A stretch of 64,000 nt of DNA, taken from the sequence record NC_061449.1; one strand, given 5' to 3'. The notes beneath the pieces are model-generated. The model did no database searches. It was not told the origin of the DNA and saw only the letters and a program-made list of their open reading frames with translations. Positions 39,905 through 48,435 of the stretch are shown one piece after another. The first letter of the stretch is position 1. Every line of letters starts with the position of its first letter. Position numbers and translations under genes: made by a program.

Positions 39905-40834
39905 TTACAGATCAATCGTCCTGTTAAGTTGCAGATTCAACTGTGGTCGTGAGCCAGGCACAACAGGAGCAAGTGCAGACCAATCACTCTTGTTCAGCTT
40001 CATTAGATTGTTATCATCTATGTATATCAGGCCCAAATCTATATCCACAGTCTCTGTAGGTAAATCAGCAATGTAGGTGCCGCTAGCATCTTTTAGATAA
40101 TGCAGGCCATCATTGCGTGACTCACGCGCAGACACATAACCTGTCTGTGCCGAACGGAAATCTGTTTCACCTAAGGCATTGATGTACTCTGCATCAGGAG
40201 TTATTGACACAGTGGCTGTAGGCGTCAGATAGTCTGAGGTGCGGCCCTCTTTGATTATCATAGGCGTCTGCGAGTTGTACGCATAGGCTAGCGTCATGCT
40301 ATTATAGGTTGGTGGTCGAATCAGATAAGAGTACAGTTGCAGGTAAGTCAGACTCACACCAACAGACAGCGAGTTATAGAAGTTCGCTTGCGGCCAAGAC
40401 ATAGTAACCGTTAGACCCCGCTGAGAGAAATCAGTAGGGAACGGGACCATCGCGTTGTAACCGTTATTGTATCTATAGGCGGACGTCACCACAGTACCAT
40501 CAGTCGCAGCATAGGACGTCCATGGGCCACGAGTCTTGTTTGCTGTAGTCTGGGTTGCTGCAATGAAGTGCTGGTAAAAGTATCTCGTGTCTTGGGCATT
40601 ACTGTAACCATAGAACAAGTAGCGCAGACACGTCAGGTAATAGTTACCATTGGCGTGCTTGCCTCGTATCGGATTAAGAAATGAATCTTGGCCCATGAAC
40701 GCTCTGGCGTTTCTTAGATTGAGTCTAAGCATTCCGGTAAGCGTACTGTTAGATACGAAGGCTTCTTTCGATGTATCAAAGAAAGCAATCTCATGATCTT
40801 TAAGTACCAGTGTTGGCTTCAAAATAAGTTGCAT
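39905..40834 (-). CDS. 'MQY' paralog family member 2
   Basis: 'AFFD', 'ARAFMG...LNPIRG...YYLTCLRY' and C-terminal 'DW....VVPGSRP'. Confidence 0.65.
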   Translation of the reverse strand: MQLILKPTLVLKDHEIAFFDTSKEAFVSNSTLTGMLRLNLRNARAFMGQDSFLNPIRGKHANGNYYLTCLRYLFYGYSNAQDTRYFYQHFIAATQTTANKTRGPWTSYAATDGTVVTSAYRYNNGYNAMVPFPTDFSQRGLTVTMSWPQANFYNSLSVGVSLTYLQLYSYLIRPPTYNSMTLAYAYNSQTPMIIKEGRTSDYLTPTATVSITPDAEYINALGETDFRSAQTGYVSARESRNDGLHYLKDASGTYIADLPTETVDIDLGLIYIDDNNLMKLNKSDWSALAPVVPGSRPQLNLQLNRTIDL

Positions 40835-40874
40835 AGCAATCTCCTAGTGGCACATCTTTGCGCACCGCCTACTG

Positions 40875-41240
40875 TTAGACCACTACTTCAAGTTCATGGT
40901 CACCAGAGTTCCAAACTAGTTCACGAATGTTGCGAGGCATGATGATGCAACCGCTTGATGCAGTACCCGGTGCTTTGATGCTATCGCCGTGCATCTGGAA
41001 TGCAGAGCGACCGAACATCACGTTCTCTTTTGCAGGAGTCAGGTCCATAGCATAAGGCCCAGTCTTCTGACTTGTGCGAGGTGCGTTGATTGTGTAACGG
41101 CCTTGAGGTAGAGGACCAGTGCCTACGATATTTTGAGAAGCAGGCTTGTTCTTATGCTCGCCTTTCCCTGCATAACCAGTAGCAACTACTTTATCGTTCT
41201 TGTCAGACAGGCGACCTGTTGACTGTTCATATTTCCACAT
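40875..41240 (-). CDS. Tlde1/DUF2778-family L,D-transpeptidase-like peptidoglycan enzyme
   Basis: 'GPLPQGRYTI' and 'GRSAFQMHGD......ASSGCII' (His...S-x-G-C catalytic motif). Confidence 0.85.
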   Translation of the reverse strand: MWKYEQSTGRLSDKNDKVVATGYAGKGEHKNKPASQNIVGTGPLPQGRYTINAPRTSQKTGPYAMDLTPAKENVMFGRSAFQMHGDSIKAPGTASSGCIIMPRNIRELVWNSGDHELEVVV

Positions 41241-41300
41241 AACACGTTTCCTTATAGAGTTGAATGGACCTTAAAGTCCCCAGGGTGAATCCACATTGGT

Positions 41301-42119
41301 TTATAGATCTAGCTGAGTCACATATTCTTCAGGAGTATTAAATGTGACTCTAGGACGATTGCCTGGAACTAAGTTTGAGGCAATCGTATAATCTCTATCT
41401 TTCGTATATCTGATACACGTATTACCGGCGGTCATTAGTCCAATAGCCCAGTCCAGATTAACAACATCGTTTGTACCAGGAGTCACGTCCGTATACACAA
41501 GACCAGTTCCGTAGAAATAGTCTATGTAGAAGTGAACGGACTGAACATATGTACGCAGAGGAAACTGAATGAATTTAGTTTCCTTTGTCAGACCCTGATA
41601 TATGTAGATGTTGTTTGTACCTGCAGAGGTAGACGTAGGTTGAACTATCTCGGAAGTCGAGTCAGACGCATAGTAGTAAACACCGAAGCGATTATCAGCA
41701 CCTGCTTTAAACGTCAGGTTAGGCATACGGAATCCCGTTACGCCTTTCGGATTCAAGATTATGTTGTTCAACGTATAAGGAGTATCTGCGTTCCCATCTC
41801 CATCAATACCTACAGAAGGGAACGTTGTTGCAGTACCGTCAGACGTATACAAACTCTTTGACGCAATAGTTCTGGCTGCTGCCAACAAAGATGTAACTCT
41901 CGCAGTACCTCCTAGTGTGTATCTCAGGAACGTATGATAGTACCTAGCGCCATTTTGACCACGTATGGGATTCAGTTGTAGGCCGCTACCCAAACACGAA
42001 CGAGCGTTAACAATAACATCCTCAATGGGTTGTGCCAGAGAGATGTTATCCTTGTTGTCGTAGAACAAAACTGATGGGAGTTTATTGGGATCGACAACAA
42101 CCTTAGACAGATACTGCAC
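41301..42119 (-). CDS. 'MQY' paralog family member 3
   Basis: 'MQYL', 'VLFYD', 'ARSCLG..LQLNPIRG....YY.TFLRY' and 'DY..ASNLVPGNRP'. Confidence 0.65.
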   Translation of the reverse strand: MQYLSKVVVDPNKLPSVLFYDNKDNISLAQPIEDVIVNARSCLGSGLQLNPIRGQNGARYYHTFLRYTLGGTARVTSLLAAARTIASKSLYTSDGTATTFPSVGIDGDGNADTPYTLNNIILNPKGVTGFRMPNLTFKAGADNRFGVYYYASDSTSEIVQPTSTSAGTNNIYIYQGLTKETKFIQFPLRTYVQSVHFYIDYFYGTGLVYTDVTPGTNDVVNLDWAIGLMTAGNTCIRYTKDRDYTIASNLVPGNRPRVTFNTPEEYVTQLDL

Positions 42120-42184
42120 AGTAGGCTCCTTTATCAGGTAAGTACAAAAGGGCCTACACCTCTCGATGCAAGCCCTTGATAGTG

Positions 42185-42322
42185 TCAGACTATAATTGTC
42201 TTGATCACGTTACGGTTCTTCTTTGGGTCGAACCATACTTCTTCAATAATCTTGCCCATGCCGAAGTTGATCATCTGCACAGTGCGTCGTGAGACTACGA
42301 GCAGACGTTTAGACTGGAACAT
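42185..42322 (-). CDS. Small hypothetical protein, 45 aa (MFQSKRLLVV...), not in the ORF track
   Basis: AGGAG RBS just after the stop of 42325..42834; open to TGA at 42185; followed by a hairpin and U tract (42146-42177). Confidence 0.55.
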   Translation of the reverse strand: MFQSKRLLVVSRRTVQMINFGMGKIIEEVWFDPKKNRNVIKTIIV

Positions 42323-42324
42323 GA

Positions 42325-42834
42325 TTACTCCTTAATCATTTTAACGCGTGTGTGGTCGAAGATACCGAAGGTAGGAACATCGTGGTGTTCGCCTTCATTA
42401 CCTTTGATTGAGTCGTACCCAGCAAGTTTGAGTATCTTGCTGATCTCGGTATACTCGTCCCACCACATATAGACTCGCTTGTACTGCGAGGCAGGTATGA
42501 GGTTATTCAGCGCGTCTAACCTTTTAACGAGAGTCATCGCCTCATCTTTGCCAACCAGATGCAACTGGAAGGCTTCCATGATAAGTTGCTTCACTCGTCT
42601 ATAAATCTCAGCGAACTTTACTTCCGTCCACAGAGAACGGAACTTCAAGGTAGCATAGCGACCTGGGTCCGCATGAAACTTGTAGAGGCGCCCACCTTCC
42701 GCATACAGTTCAGCATACGCACGATCTGGAGTTACCCAAGTCATGTGTTGCTTCTTCGCATGTTCATCAGACCAGTCTTCTGCAAGACCACGATAGTAGA
42801 TGGTAGGCGCACTCAGACTGACGAAGATTTCCAC
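42325..42834 (-). CDS. Putative ADP-ribosyltransferase-fold protein with MEIFVSLSA leader
   Basis: 'YYRG', 'WVTPD..YA..YA..G.LY.F' and C-terminal 'LKLAGYDSI......V..F.IFD...VK' match the pattern of phage ART-like domains. Confidence 0.6.
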   Translation of the reverse strand: MEIFVSLSAPTIYYRGLAEDWSDEHAKKQHMTWVTPDRAYAELYAEGGRLYKFHADPGRYATLKFRSLWTEVKFAEIYRRVKQLIMEAFQLHLVGKDEAMTLVKRLDALNNLIPASQYKRVYMWWDEYTEISKILKLAGYDSIKGNEGEHHDVPTFGIFDHTRVKMIKE

Positions 42835-42837
42835 AGA

Positions 42838-43794
42838 TTAATCTTTGTCGGTATCGTGGATGTCGGCTTCACCCAGAGAACGTTTGAAAGAGTCAGGAGT
42901 CAGACCATACTTGGTCATATCTGATTTCTTAACAACGATCTTCTTACCGTTTTTATTGGTGAATACGCCTTTGCCATTTTTAACGGAACCAGACCAGCCA
43001 GCTTTGGCGGTAATAGCTTTACCGTCGTTGAGTTCTTTCAGCATTCGCTTAGCCATGCGAGTGTCTTTATCCCACTGCTTGGATTGGGCTTGCAGAGACT
43101 GGCGCGCTGCATCATTTTTCTGACCGATGGTTTTGTGTTGCGTGGTTTTTGGTGTAGCTTTCTTGCCGAAGAGTTTAGCTTTCTCGCGCCCAATCTCAGA
43201 GGCAGTCACTTCTTTCTTCTTCGCACCCGGTTTGACTTTACGATCACTCGGAGAACTGGCGCGGCCTATTTCATCGAACTTCGCCTCCTTCATGAACATA
43301 GGCTTGAAGGTGCCACGTTTGCCAGTAACACCAAACTCAGTCAGCTTGGTAGCACGGATTGCTTTCAGCGCTTTATCTGCGCCAACGCCGGTTTTGATAT
43401 CAGCAGCAGACAGAGGCAGATTCAGACCACCTAGACCATGGGCTTTAGCAACCTTGTTTGCTTCACGCAGGGCAGCCTTAGCAGTTTTGATCTCAGAGGT
43501 AGCTTTAGCTTTCTCGGTCTTACGGGTGGCCATCAGCTTGGTGCGCTTGTCGCCGCGAGGCAGTTGACGAGCTTTGGTTGCAGCGGTGTTCGATTTGATG
43601 CTTGCATTGATACCAGCGACAGCCGCAGCCTTAGCTTTCTTCAAGTGACCAACAACAGCCTGCAATTCACTTTTCTTTGCAGAGTTGATTACAAGCACAG
43701 GCGTCTTGCCTGACTTAGCCATTTTGTACGCTGGTTTCTTCGCAGCAGACTCAGAGACAAGTGAATCTGCAATGTTAATGCGGATGAGAGCCAT
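42838..43794 (-). CDS. Lys/Ala-rich putative head-internal DNA-binding protein
   Basis: Very basic; 'VSES|AAKK' leader; N-terminal half paralogous to 43820..44395. Confidence 0.6.
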   Translation of the reverse strand: MALIRINIADSLVSESAAKKPAYKMAKSGKTPVLVINSAKKSELQAVVGHLKKAKAAAVAGINASIKSNTAATKARQLPRGDKRTKLMATRKTEKAKATSEIKTAKAALREANKVAKAHGLGGLNLPLSAADIKTGVGADKALKAIRATKLTEFGVTGKRGTFKPMFMKEAKFDEIGRASSPSDRKVKPGAKKKEVTASEIGREKAKLFGKKATPKTTQHKTIGQKNDAARQSLQAQSKQWDKDTRMAKRMLKELNDGKAITAKAGWSGSVKNGKGVFTNKNGKKIVVKKSDMTKYGLTPDSFKRSLGEADIHDTDKD

Positions 43795-43819
43795 GTGATT
43801 TCCTTAATTGAATATTGGA

Positions 43820-44395
43820 TCAAAGTTTAGGCTTGGCGCCTTTCTTGCGATCAGCTTCTGCGTCACGCTTCTTATCTATTACAGATGTAGCGCCAAACTT
43901 AGGCTTCAACGCAGCAGTCTGGGTGCCGTGAGTCTTAACGCGAAAGCGGTCGGTCTTGACGTTTTTGATCTTGCCTTCGGTATACTTCCAATCACCGACA
44001 GTGATATGGCTTACCAGAATAGGCATTTCAAGGCCAGACAGGCCTGCTTTCTTCAAACTGGCAGACGCATCACGCAATAACTGTTTTGCCTCAGCACCAG
44101 TAGATTTGGCAGTAACCGTCAGCGTTTTAATCTGACCTTTAAGCGTTGTCTTAGCTGCTTCGGTTTTTGCGCTACGCAGTTTCAATTTCGCAGCGTCAAG
44201 CATCTTACTCGCTTTCGCACACTCAAGACCTAGCTTTTTAGCCTTAGTCGTGTCCGAAAGAACTTTGGTTACAGTAGCTTTATGCTTCGAGTCGATAGCC
44301 AGGTTATAACTACCACCACCGACGTAGACAGCGTAGCCAGTTGTCTTCTTCGCGGCCGATGCAGATAACACCAGACCTATTGTAATCTTAGCCAT
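43820..44395 (-). CDS. Lys/Ala-rich putative head-internal protein, paralog of 42838..43794
   Basis: 'LSAS|AAKK' leader; 'A...L..A....K..GL.GL..P......I..G' shared. Confidence 0.6.
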   Translation of the reverse strand: MAKITIGLVLSASAAKKTTGYAVYVGGGSYNLAIDSKHKATVTKVLSDTTKAKKLGLECAKASKMLDAAKLKLRSAKTEAAKTTLKGQIKTLTVTAKSTGAEAKQLLRDASASLKKAGLSGLEMPILVSHITVGDWKYTEGKIKNVKTDRFRVKTHGTQTAALKPKFGATSVIDKKRDAEADRKKGAKPKL

Positions 44396-44404
44396 GATGT
44401 TTCC

Positions 44405-45010
44405 TCATACCAGCGCACGGCCGGGAAGATCGAAGTTTTTACCAGCCGAGTAATCACCCAGCGCTTGGTACAGGGAGTTGCGTAGCATCTGCTCAATGAT
44501 ATCTGAGTTGTGTGCCGAAGCGTCTTTGAAAGAGACCTCGATCGACTCAGTTCTCGGATTCACGACAGCGTAACGCAGCGGGCAGATCTGCTGCGCTTCA
44601 CACCATGCGTCTACTTTGATTTGCAGATCAGGTGTAATTGGTATGCGGAAGTCTGCGAGTTGGAACACAACGCTCTGGATAGGAGGAGGCGACGAATGCG
44701 ACATGAACTTACCATTCACATTCAAATGCTCCATAGCGTTTGCCGCTTCATAGATCGTTTGATAACCGTCACCTACTGTGGTGAGGCCACTGAGCTTGAA
44801 GCTATGCGTTGTCAAGCCTTTGCGGATCAGCTTGGCGATATTGACTTCATAATCACCAGAGTCATCACGCATGAAAGTGACGAACGCGTAGAAGGCGAAA
44901 CCATCTTCTTCGCGTAAAAGTTTGTGATCTAATACACGAAAGCCCACGACACTTTGCAGTGCCTGGGCTGTGATTTGCGTCGCCTTAGATAGGGAGACGT
45001 AGATTTCCAT
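44405..45010 (-). CDS. Hypothetical protein with MEIYVSLSK leader
   Basis: Shared leader; coupled to the upstream ORF (TAATG). Confidence 0.6.
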   Translation of the reverse strand: MEIYVSLSKATQITAQALQSVVGFRVLDHKLLREEDGFAFYAFVTFMRDDSGDYEVNIAKLIRKGLTTHSFKLSGLTTVGDGYQTIYEAANAMEHLNVNGKFMSHSSPPPIQSVVFQLADFRIPITPDLQIKVDAWCEAQQICPLRYAVVNPRTESIEVSFKDASAHNSDIIEQMLRNSLYQALGDYSAGKNFDLPGRALV

Positions 45011-45345
45011 TAACGCAGACGGGCGAGAGCTTTCTTAGCAGCAGCCAGAGTAGGTTGGATATCGCCTTCGTCGTCGAACTCACCTTCGAAACGAATGTCG
45101 AGACCAGTCACGTTGAAACCTTCGTCTTCATCTTTGGTGATGATGCCGAAACGAGCGGTGTCGCCGGTAGCGCTGATGAAACGCAGATCCAGAATGTCGT
45201 TCGGACCTTCTAAGTCAGACGGCATACCGTCGTCAATGATCTCGAACAGCGCTTTCTTGTCCATGCCCTTGAAGAAGGCGGACAGAGCAGCGGCAGCAGA
45301 TACAGACTTAACAGCGTCATTCAGATTCAGTTTGATAAGAGACAT
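45010..45345 (-). CDS. Acidic small protein with 'KSVS|AAAA' leader
   Basis: GGAG RBS; strong codon bias. Confidence 0.6.
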   Translation of the reverse strand: MSLIKLNLNDAVKSVSAAAALSAFFKGMDKKALFEIIDDGMPSDLEGPNDILDLRFISATGDTARFGIITKDEDEGFNVTGLDIRFEGEFDDEGDIQPTLAAAKKALARLR

Positions 45346-45347
45346 GA

Positions 45348-45920
45348 TCAGTTTACTCCAACTTGTTTAGTGATTGTGATAACACGCTGGTACCAACCAT
45401 AAATGTTATCTTCCTGAGTTTCGTCTGCCTTAGCGATGTTTTTCAACTTCGCAATACGACAACCGTTGTAGGCATAAGCCAATACTTTGATATCGCGTAC
45501 TTTGCAGTACGCATCCAGCGCAGCGATAGTCTTCGGACCAATGTTCGCAGCAGGTGCAAAGTCTGGATAGAGTCTGCCTCTGCTGTTTAAGATGTTCAAC
45601 TGGTCTTGCAGCTCCGCGATTGCTGCTGGTGGCCCTGAGTTAACTGCGTAGTCAAATACCCACAGCGCCAGTTCCTGGCTGTACTTCGCAAGCTGATCGC
45701 ATTTGCAGAAGTCCCAGAAGTTAGCACTGTAGATCGCATACGCAATCTCATACGGCAGGTCTTGCATAGCGCCTTTGTAGCCATAAGCGCGAGCATTCTT
45801 TTCCGTGACACCCCAACGTGTAGGACCGCCACGGTCAGCAGAGCGGTTAGTGTATTTCTCGCCACCTTCACGATCAATAACTTCCGCTATTGCTTTCTTT
45901 CGAAACGTCAAAGCGTCCAT
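45348..45920 (-). CDS. Glycoside hydrolase family 108 lysozyme with C-terminal PG-binding domain (endolysin-like)
   Basis: 'EGG.KY.N...DRGGPT.WGVT', 'FD.AVNSG' and 'IGPKT.AA', 'GW..R'. Confidence 0.9.
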   Translation of the reverse strand: MDALTFRKKAIAEVIDREGGEKYTNRSADRGGPTRWGVTEKNARAYGYKGAMQDLPYEIAYAIYSANFWDFCKCDQLAKYSQELALWVFDYAVNSGPPAAIAELQDQLNILNSRGRLYPDFAPAANIGPKTIAALDAYCKVRDIKVLAYAYNGCRIAKLKNIAKADETQEDNIYGWYQRVITITKQVGVN

Positions 45921-45956
45921 AGATATAGCCCTCTTTTAGACAGACTAAAATTAGCG

Positions 45957-46802
45957 TTAGATGAATAACTTTGACTGTTTGAATCGCATCTTAGGACGAG
46001 TACCTGGGTCAGACGTGACTGAATCAAAGTCATTCACATCGAGCATACAGAATGCACGAAGCACTGAGCTATAGAAGAATGCTTTATTCAGGATAGGCGC
46101 TTCATCTGCACCTGTTTGGTTTTGAGCGAAGACGCCTGTGTACGACGCACCCGCAGAAACTCCAGGCGTACCATTAGCTCCAGTAGCATAGAAAGATGTA
46201 GGCAGTCCCATCATCGTACATGCGTAGGCCGGAGTTTCGTTCGCCGTGACAGTTGTATACGTACACACACCAGTTGCACCACCAGCACTACAAGTACCAG
46301 TTGCAGTCACACCAGTATCTCTAACATATCGACTGACAATGAATCCTGTTGCAAACTGACCATAAGGGCAGTTACCGTCGTGCAGGTTCATTGGCGGCAT
46401 CTGTATAGGCTGACCAGCAATCATCCCTGTGGTCAGAAATACTGTCGTGTTGCCTGATGTGTTCAGAAACGAATAGGACTGCGAAGCCGCGATACTACAG
46501 TTACCACTGAGTCCTTTTGCTGGGTCCTGTTGAACAATGTCGTAAGAGTTATCGAGTGTAATTGAACTTGGCTGCTGATACTTCAAGCAGGTGAAGTGGT
46601 ACTTGTTTGACTTGCGTCCTCGAATAGGATTCAAGTAACCATTAAAGCCCAAAACAGCGCGAGCTTTACGAGCAAGGACGTTTGCCTTGGTCATATCTGT
46701 CAGCGTGGAGAAGTCAGAGTCTTCTCGGCTGTCGTATAGGAATACGTTTGGGTTCGTGGGTGATGGACCGCCCAATCCGAAAAAAGATGATATGTATTGC
46801 AT
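45957..46802 (-). CDS. 'MQY' paralog family member 4
   Basis: Start MQYISS at 46802; 'VFLYD', 'ARAVLG..GYLNPIRG..SNKY..TCLKY' and 'LDVNDF....DPGTRP'. Confidence 0.65.
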   Translation of the reverse strand: MQYISSFFGLGGPSPTNPNVFLYDSREDSDFSTLTDMTKANVLARKARAVLGFNGYLNPIRGRKSNKYHFTCLKYQQPSSITLDNSYDIVQQDPAKGLSGNCSIAASQSYSFLNTSGNTTVFLTTGMIAGQPIQMPPMNLHDGNCPYGQFATGFIVSRYVRDTGVTATGTCSAGGATGVCTYTTVTANETPAYACTMMGLPTSFYATGANGTPGVSAGASYTGVFAQNQTGADEAPILNKAFFYSSVLRAFCMLDVNDFDSVTSDPGTRPKMRFKQSKLFI

Positions 46803-46830
46803 AGGATGTACCCTATAAGGTTCGACGTGT

Positions 46831-47715
46831 TTATATGCGCAGGTTTGCTGCTTTAAATCTAAAAGCAGGACGTGTGCCCGGAATAAGATTTGGAGCAACG
46901 TCATAGTCGTTCTGATCTAACATCACCAGAGTGTTAAAGGCTTTCCAATAGAAAAGACCGAACGTCAAATTGACTGTTTCGTCCGCAGCTTCTCTAGGAC
47001 CCCAGAAGATACCATCACTCCTGTATGGCAGGTACATGTCAGCGTAGTTCCCTCTGTCTGTAGCTACTGACAAGGCTTTCATTGCCATTGCGTATCGAAA
47101 GTTGACAGTCAATGTCGTATACACATCGGCAGGTGCAATGCTTGGATAACCGTAACCTGTAACGAACTGATCAGAGTTTGTCGCAGGTCGATCGACAAAC
47201 GCACCGTTGAATGACCTGTAGTGAATCGTACTTGGAAATCTTCCCCATTGACTACTTAGATTGTCTGTAGCGGCAGCGGCACATTTAGGGAAGTGCAGTT
47301 TCACATCAAACGGACAGTTGACGACTATCGTACCTTTAGTGATCGTATAGTCAGGGAAGTATGGTGCTTTGGTTGCGTCGTAACTTCGATAGTCAGTGGA
47401 CACAGCATCAGATACATGCAGAGAAAACCCAACAGTGTTTTCTTGAGTTATAGGTTCGTATGTTGCTGGTGCCCAATCTTTATCTGCCGCATACTTGGCA
47501 AACGTAGGGAAGTATTTGTTTCCGTACTGGCCAGCAACAGGATTAAGCTGACTACCTATTCCGAGAAACGCTCGCGCTTTGTGTGCGTTGGCTTTCGCAA
47601 ACGTCAGGTCACGCATTTGAGCTTTAGTCAATCCATCCTTGTCATCAAACAGAAGAACGTTAGGCATTGTCGTCACAGGACTGGCAAGGCCAAAAAGGGC
47701 GGCTATGTATTGCAT
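46831..47715 (-). CDS. 'MQY' paralog family member 5
   Basis: 'MQYIAALFGL', 'VLLFD', 'ARAFLG...QLNPVAG..GNKY' and 'LDQNDY...NLIPGTRP'. Confidence 0.65.
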   Translation of the reverse strand: MQYIAALFGLASPVTTMPNVLLFDDKDGLTKAQMRDLTFAKANAHKARAFLGIGSQLNPVAGQYGNKYFPTFAKYAADKDWAPATYEPITQENTVGFSLHVSDAVSTDYRSYDATKAPYFPDYTITKGTIVVNCPFDVKLHFPKCAAAATDNLSSQWGRFPSTIHYRSFNGAFVDRPATNSDQFVTGYGYPSIAPADVYTTLTVNFRYAMAMKALSVATDRGNYADMYLPYRSDGIFWGPREAADETVNLTFGLFYWKAFNTLVMLDQNDYDVAPNLIPGTRPAFRFKAANLRI

Positions 47716-47781
47716 GAGTTCTACCTCAAGTGAAGATCGAAAGGTACTACGCGTTGAGATAAAATTATCTGTAGGAACGAC

Positions 47782-47801
47782 AAAAGGGGCCGAAGCCCCT
47801 T
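47782..47801 (-). terminator. Intrinsic terminator
   Basis: AGGGGC-TTCG-GCCCCT-TTT. Confidence 0.75.
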
Positions 47802-48141
47802 AGAATGTCCAACGTGTTACCCAAGCGATCAGGCCTGAGAGAATACCTATGTGCGACAGGTAACCGAACTGCAATACATGGCCTCGGACATAATGTTTCA
47901 GTCCACCAGCGTATGCACCGTCATACATGGCAGCGATTACCATGAAGGACATGACGTAGGTGAACACATGCCACCGAGTCATCTCCATAGCTTCGTTGCA
48001 GAACACTATCAGAAATAATGCAACGGCCATGATGTACACAGTGCGCTTCATCTCAGTCAGGTTGATACCAAGCACGACAGGTCGCATAGCGAACGCCGCG
48101 AGTATCGACACCAACATCAACGCCTGATAGTCGGCTGACAT
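47800..48141 (-). CDS. Small multi-pass membrane protein (holin candidate)
   Basis: 113 aa with 3-4 hydrophobic segments. Confidence 0.55.
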   Translation of the reverse strand: MSADYQALMLVSILAAFAMRPVVLGINLTEMKRTVYIMAVALFLIVFCNEAMEMTRWHVFTYVMSFMVIAAMYDGAYAGGLKHYVRGHVLQFGYLSHIGILSGLIAWVTRWTF

Positions 48142-48434
48142 GCTTCTTCCACCTCTTCCGTGCTTATCGGTTTCTTGCGACGCATATCAAGTGCGAGTTG
48201 TGCCTTGCGTCCGATGCGAGCCATAGACTCCAGGTCTTCATCAGAGTAGGCGCTCATGCTATCTTCAACAACACGGAGTTCTCGGATGTGGCTTGGTGTT
48301 AGTTCGTAATCACCAGCCGAACCAAACATCGCAGCAGACAGGCCTGGGATATTTACGTTAGCAATGCTTGGCACGTCATCTCTGACTTTCACAAGCAGCT
48401 TACCGCTTTTACTTACATCGTGTGGAATTGCCAT
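48117..48434 (-). CDS. Hypothetical protein
   Basis: Probable start MAIPHD at 48434, immediately after the previous stop. Confidence 0.5.
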   Translation of the reverse strand: MAIPHDVSKSGKLLVKVRDDVPSIANVNIPGLSAAMFGSAGDYELTPSHIRELRVVEDSMSAYSDEDLESMARIGRKAQLALDMRRKKPISTEEVEEACQPTIRR

Positions 48435-48435
48435 A

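Noticed and set aside
41301-41330. C-terminal 'QLDL' resembling a beta-clamp binding motif
   Set aside because: It is on a probable virion paralog, is not conserved in its sister genes and lacks the final aromatic residue; likely chance.
38485-47715. Diversity-generating retroelement or shufflon behind the MQY family
   Set aside because: No reverse transcriptase, no near-identical TR/VR pair differing at adenines, and no recombinase or inverted crossover sites in the window.
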